Positions 62,241 through 64,000 of a stretch of 64,000 nucleotides of DNA are shown one piece after another (position 1 is the first letter of the stretch; each line of letters starts with the position of its first letter). This DNA is from Malacoraja senta. Lineage: Eukaryota. The stretch lies in the NCBI GenBank assembly GCA_038087875.1, contig CM075977.1:172856001-172920000 (forward strand). Direction: 5' to 3'. Made by a program: the position numbers and the translations under genes. A model generated the notes under the pieces. That model worked only from the letters and a program-made list of their open reading frames with translations. It ran no database searches and was not told where the DNA came from.

Positions 62241-62789
62241 ACCCTGCCAGGTGTTGTCATAGGCAATACGTTTATATGATTAAAAGCCTATCCCTATTAA
62301 ATCAGAGATTCAACTACTTTATCGATATGCATATAGTTGGAGTCTCTTGTAAAAGAATCTTCAACAGTCCCCTCTAGTGAGCGGAAATTACCATGGCGCC
62401 ACCAGGTGTAGCTCACACAGGTGTCTGATAGGCACAGCTCAAAAAATACTTCCTAAGCCAGGAGCTCTGGACTGCAATGGCAAGTCCAATTTCACTACAC
62501 CATTGGTGTATGTGATAATAAATGTCCTTTGTAATTATCTTTTTTAAACATAAACTTCTTTGGCATGATAAGACATATTGTTATATTGCCAAAGAATTAA
62601 ACATGACTTTAGAATGCTAGTCACAAACGTGACCGAGAGGCAACTGTTATTAATGCCAACTCTATTATAGCCGCCCAAAAATAAAGTATACACTATATGC
62701 TGCTGCAGCATAGCTGTAGCAGTAACTTTGTTTAACATTTTTCGGTGCTACGGCAGCTGAGCTTATCTAAGCGGTAGCTCTTGGCCGCG

Positions 62790-63250
62790 GCTATTTTTAA
62801 AACTCACCGGCTGCTGGAAACCTCCTGCAGCAATAATAGACCTGGCTGCCGGCAGCCGCAATTTATGAAGTCTAGCTCCTTACGGAGTCCCACGGCTGCC
62901 TCCAACTCTGGCTGCCTGCTCCCGTATGGAGCTCTGATGCCGGCAGCTGCAATAACTTATCCCAGCCAGCGGTCTCCAATTTCGGCCGCCTGCTGCCGTG
63001 CAGAGCTATAACGGCAACAACCGCAATCCCAGCTCCTATGGAGTCCTACGGTGGTCTCCAATTTTGTCCGCCTGCTGCCGTGCATAGCTATAATGGCAAC
63101 AGCCGCAATCTCAGCTCCTATGGAGCCCTACGACGGTCTCCAATTTCAGCCGCCTGCTCCCGTGGAGAGCTCGAACTGCGGCGCATAAAATTTTTCTTAC
63201 TCTAGCTCCTATGGAGCTTCCACGGCGGCCCAAACCCCCAGCCGCCTCAT
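62790..63250. repeat. GC-rich minisatellite (~82-bp unit) near the DIRS 5' end
   Basis: AGCTCCT(T)A(T/C)GGAG at 62874, 63031, 63113 and 63204; CGGTCTCCAATTT..CCGCCTGCT repeated. Confidence 0.88.
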
Positions 63251-64000
63251 AGCTACTCTGGGCACGCTATAGAGCGGCCCGGTGAAAATTGACTTACCTT
63301 GCAGAGCAGTTCGAAACTGCTCCGACTAGCACCATGCGGGCTGGCGGGCTCTTCACGTAGTCACTCATGTGACTTCGAAATAAATGGCAGCTGAAGTGTG
63401 TTTTTCTGCCATCCGACTGATGCCCTTCTCTGCTTGCTGCAGAGAATGTGATATTCCACAATACTGGATAATCCAAACAGGAATTGAGCTGATTCGGCTT
63501 TTAGCATTTATTTTCAATGGAAATCACACAAATGTTGAGCTGACTGTGGATTGGCATTAAATGCACCACGTTCAAGGACTCCAAGAAAAGGTGCAATCTA
63601 ACTGCTAAGCAAAACCATTTTAAACAAATGAGTATTTTGAAAATAGTCAATCAGAAAGTAGCAGGCAGCTTCAACAGTCCACTTAACATTCATTTTGGGA
63701 TTTTTATGCTTAACTCAGCAATGTTCTTATGAAGGGCAAGTTGATTTTAATGATATTTTGCATTGCATTGCACTTGTCCTTCATAAGGTAATATTGGTGA
63801 ATGAAGTATTGGACATTATTTCAAAATTCATTAAACAGAAATGTCAATACCTTTCCAGCAGGACACGAGCACATGAGACTTTGTACCATTATTTCAATGT
63901 TTCATGATAACAATTTCCAATGATAAGTACCAACTTAACATTAGCTGCAAAACAGCATCTTTCTAGAAACACAGTATCGTAGAGAGTGGAATCCCATTGT

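Larger units (their letters stand above)
49509..63385 (-). mobile_element. Degenerate DIRS1-type tyrosine-recombinase retrotransposon hosting the CR1+L1 nest
   Basis: Inverted termini: TACGTGAAGAGCCC(T/G)CCAGCCCGCATG at 49581-49607, inverted at 63333-63359. Internal complementary region 49729-49840: its first part is the reverse complement of terminus 49509-49586 and its second part of terminus 63351-63384. AAT at both junctions. About 4.9 kb once the nested LINEs are removed. Coding regions decayed. Confidence 0.88.

Noticed and set aside
61400-63250. Repeat arrays as CRISPR-like loci
   Set aside because: Whole units are repeated (no unique spacers), there are no cas genes, the context is vertebrate, and they lie within a DIRS element.

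Overview
Eukaryotic (vertebrate) genomic DNA, most likely a cartilaginous fish (skate, ray or shark), judged from its repeat content: HER1-like CR1 LINEs with (TTTCTATG)n or (CTATTGT)n tails, HE1-like tRNA-SINEs and Penelope pseudo-LTR fragments. The window looks intronic or intergenic and is dominated by transposable elements. I could not identify a host protein-coding gene; there are only two candidate micro-exons on the minus strand. The main structure is a triple nest at 49.5-63.4 kb. A degenerate DIRS tyrosine-recombinase retrotransposon (minus strand, recognised by its ITR/ICR terminal architecture) contains a 5'-truncated CR1 LINE. That CR1 contains a full-length, apparently intact LINE-1 (51690-58295) with a perfect 15-bp TSD, ORF1 and ORF2. 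The L1 has an unusually long (~1.2 kb) inter-ORF spacer carrying a tandemly duplicated ~305-bp module with conserved, partly covarying stem-loops, plus a small ORF overlapping the ORF2 start. Also present: a second, 5'-truncated L1 with TSD; two solo LTRs of one family, both inserted in CR1 3' ends; an L2 fragment; a HERO (REL-endonuclease) fragment; many Rex1/Babar remnants; a CpG-rich 509-bp MITE; and Penelope repeats with minimal hammerhead-ribozyme motifs. Family assignments come from motif recognition only; no database search was run.
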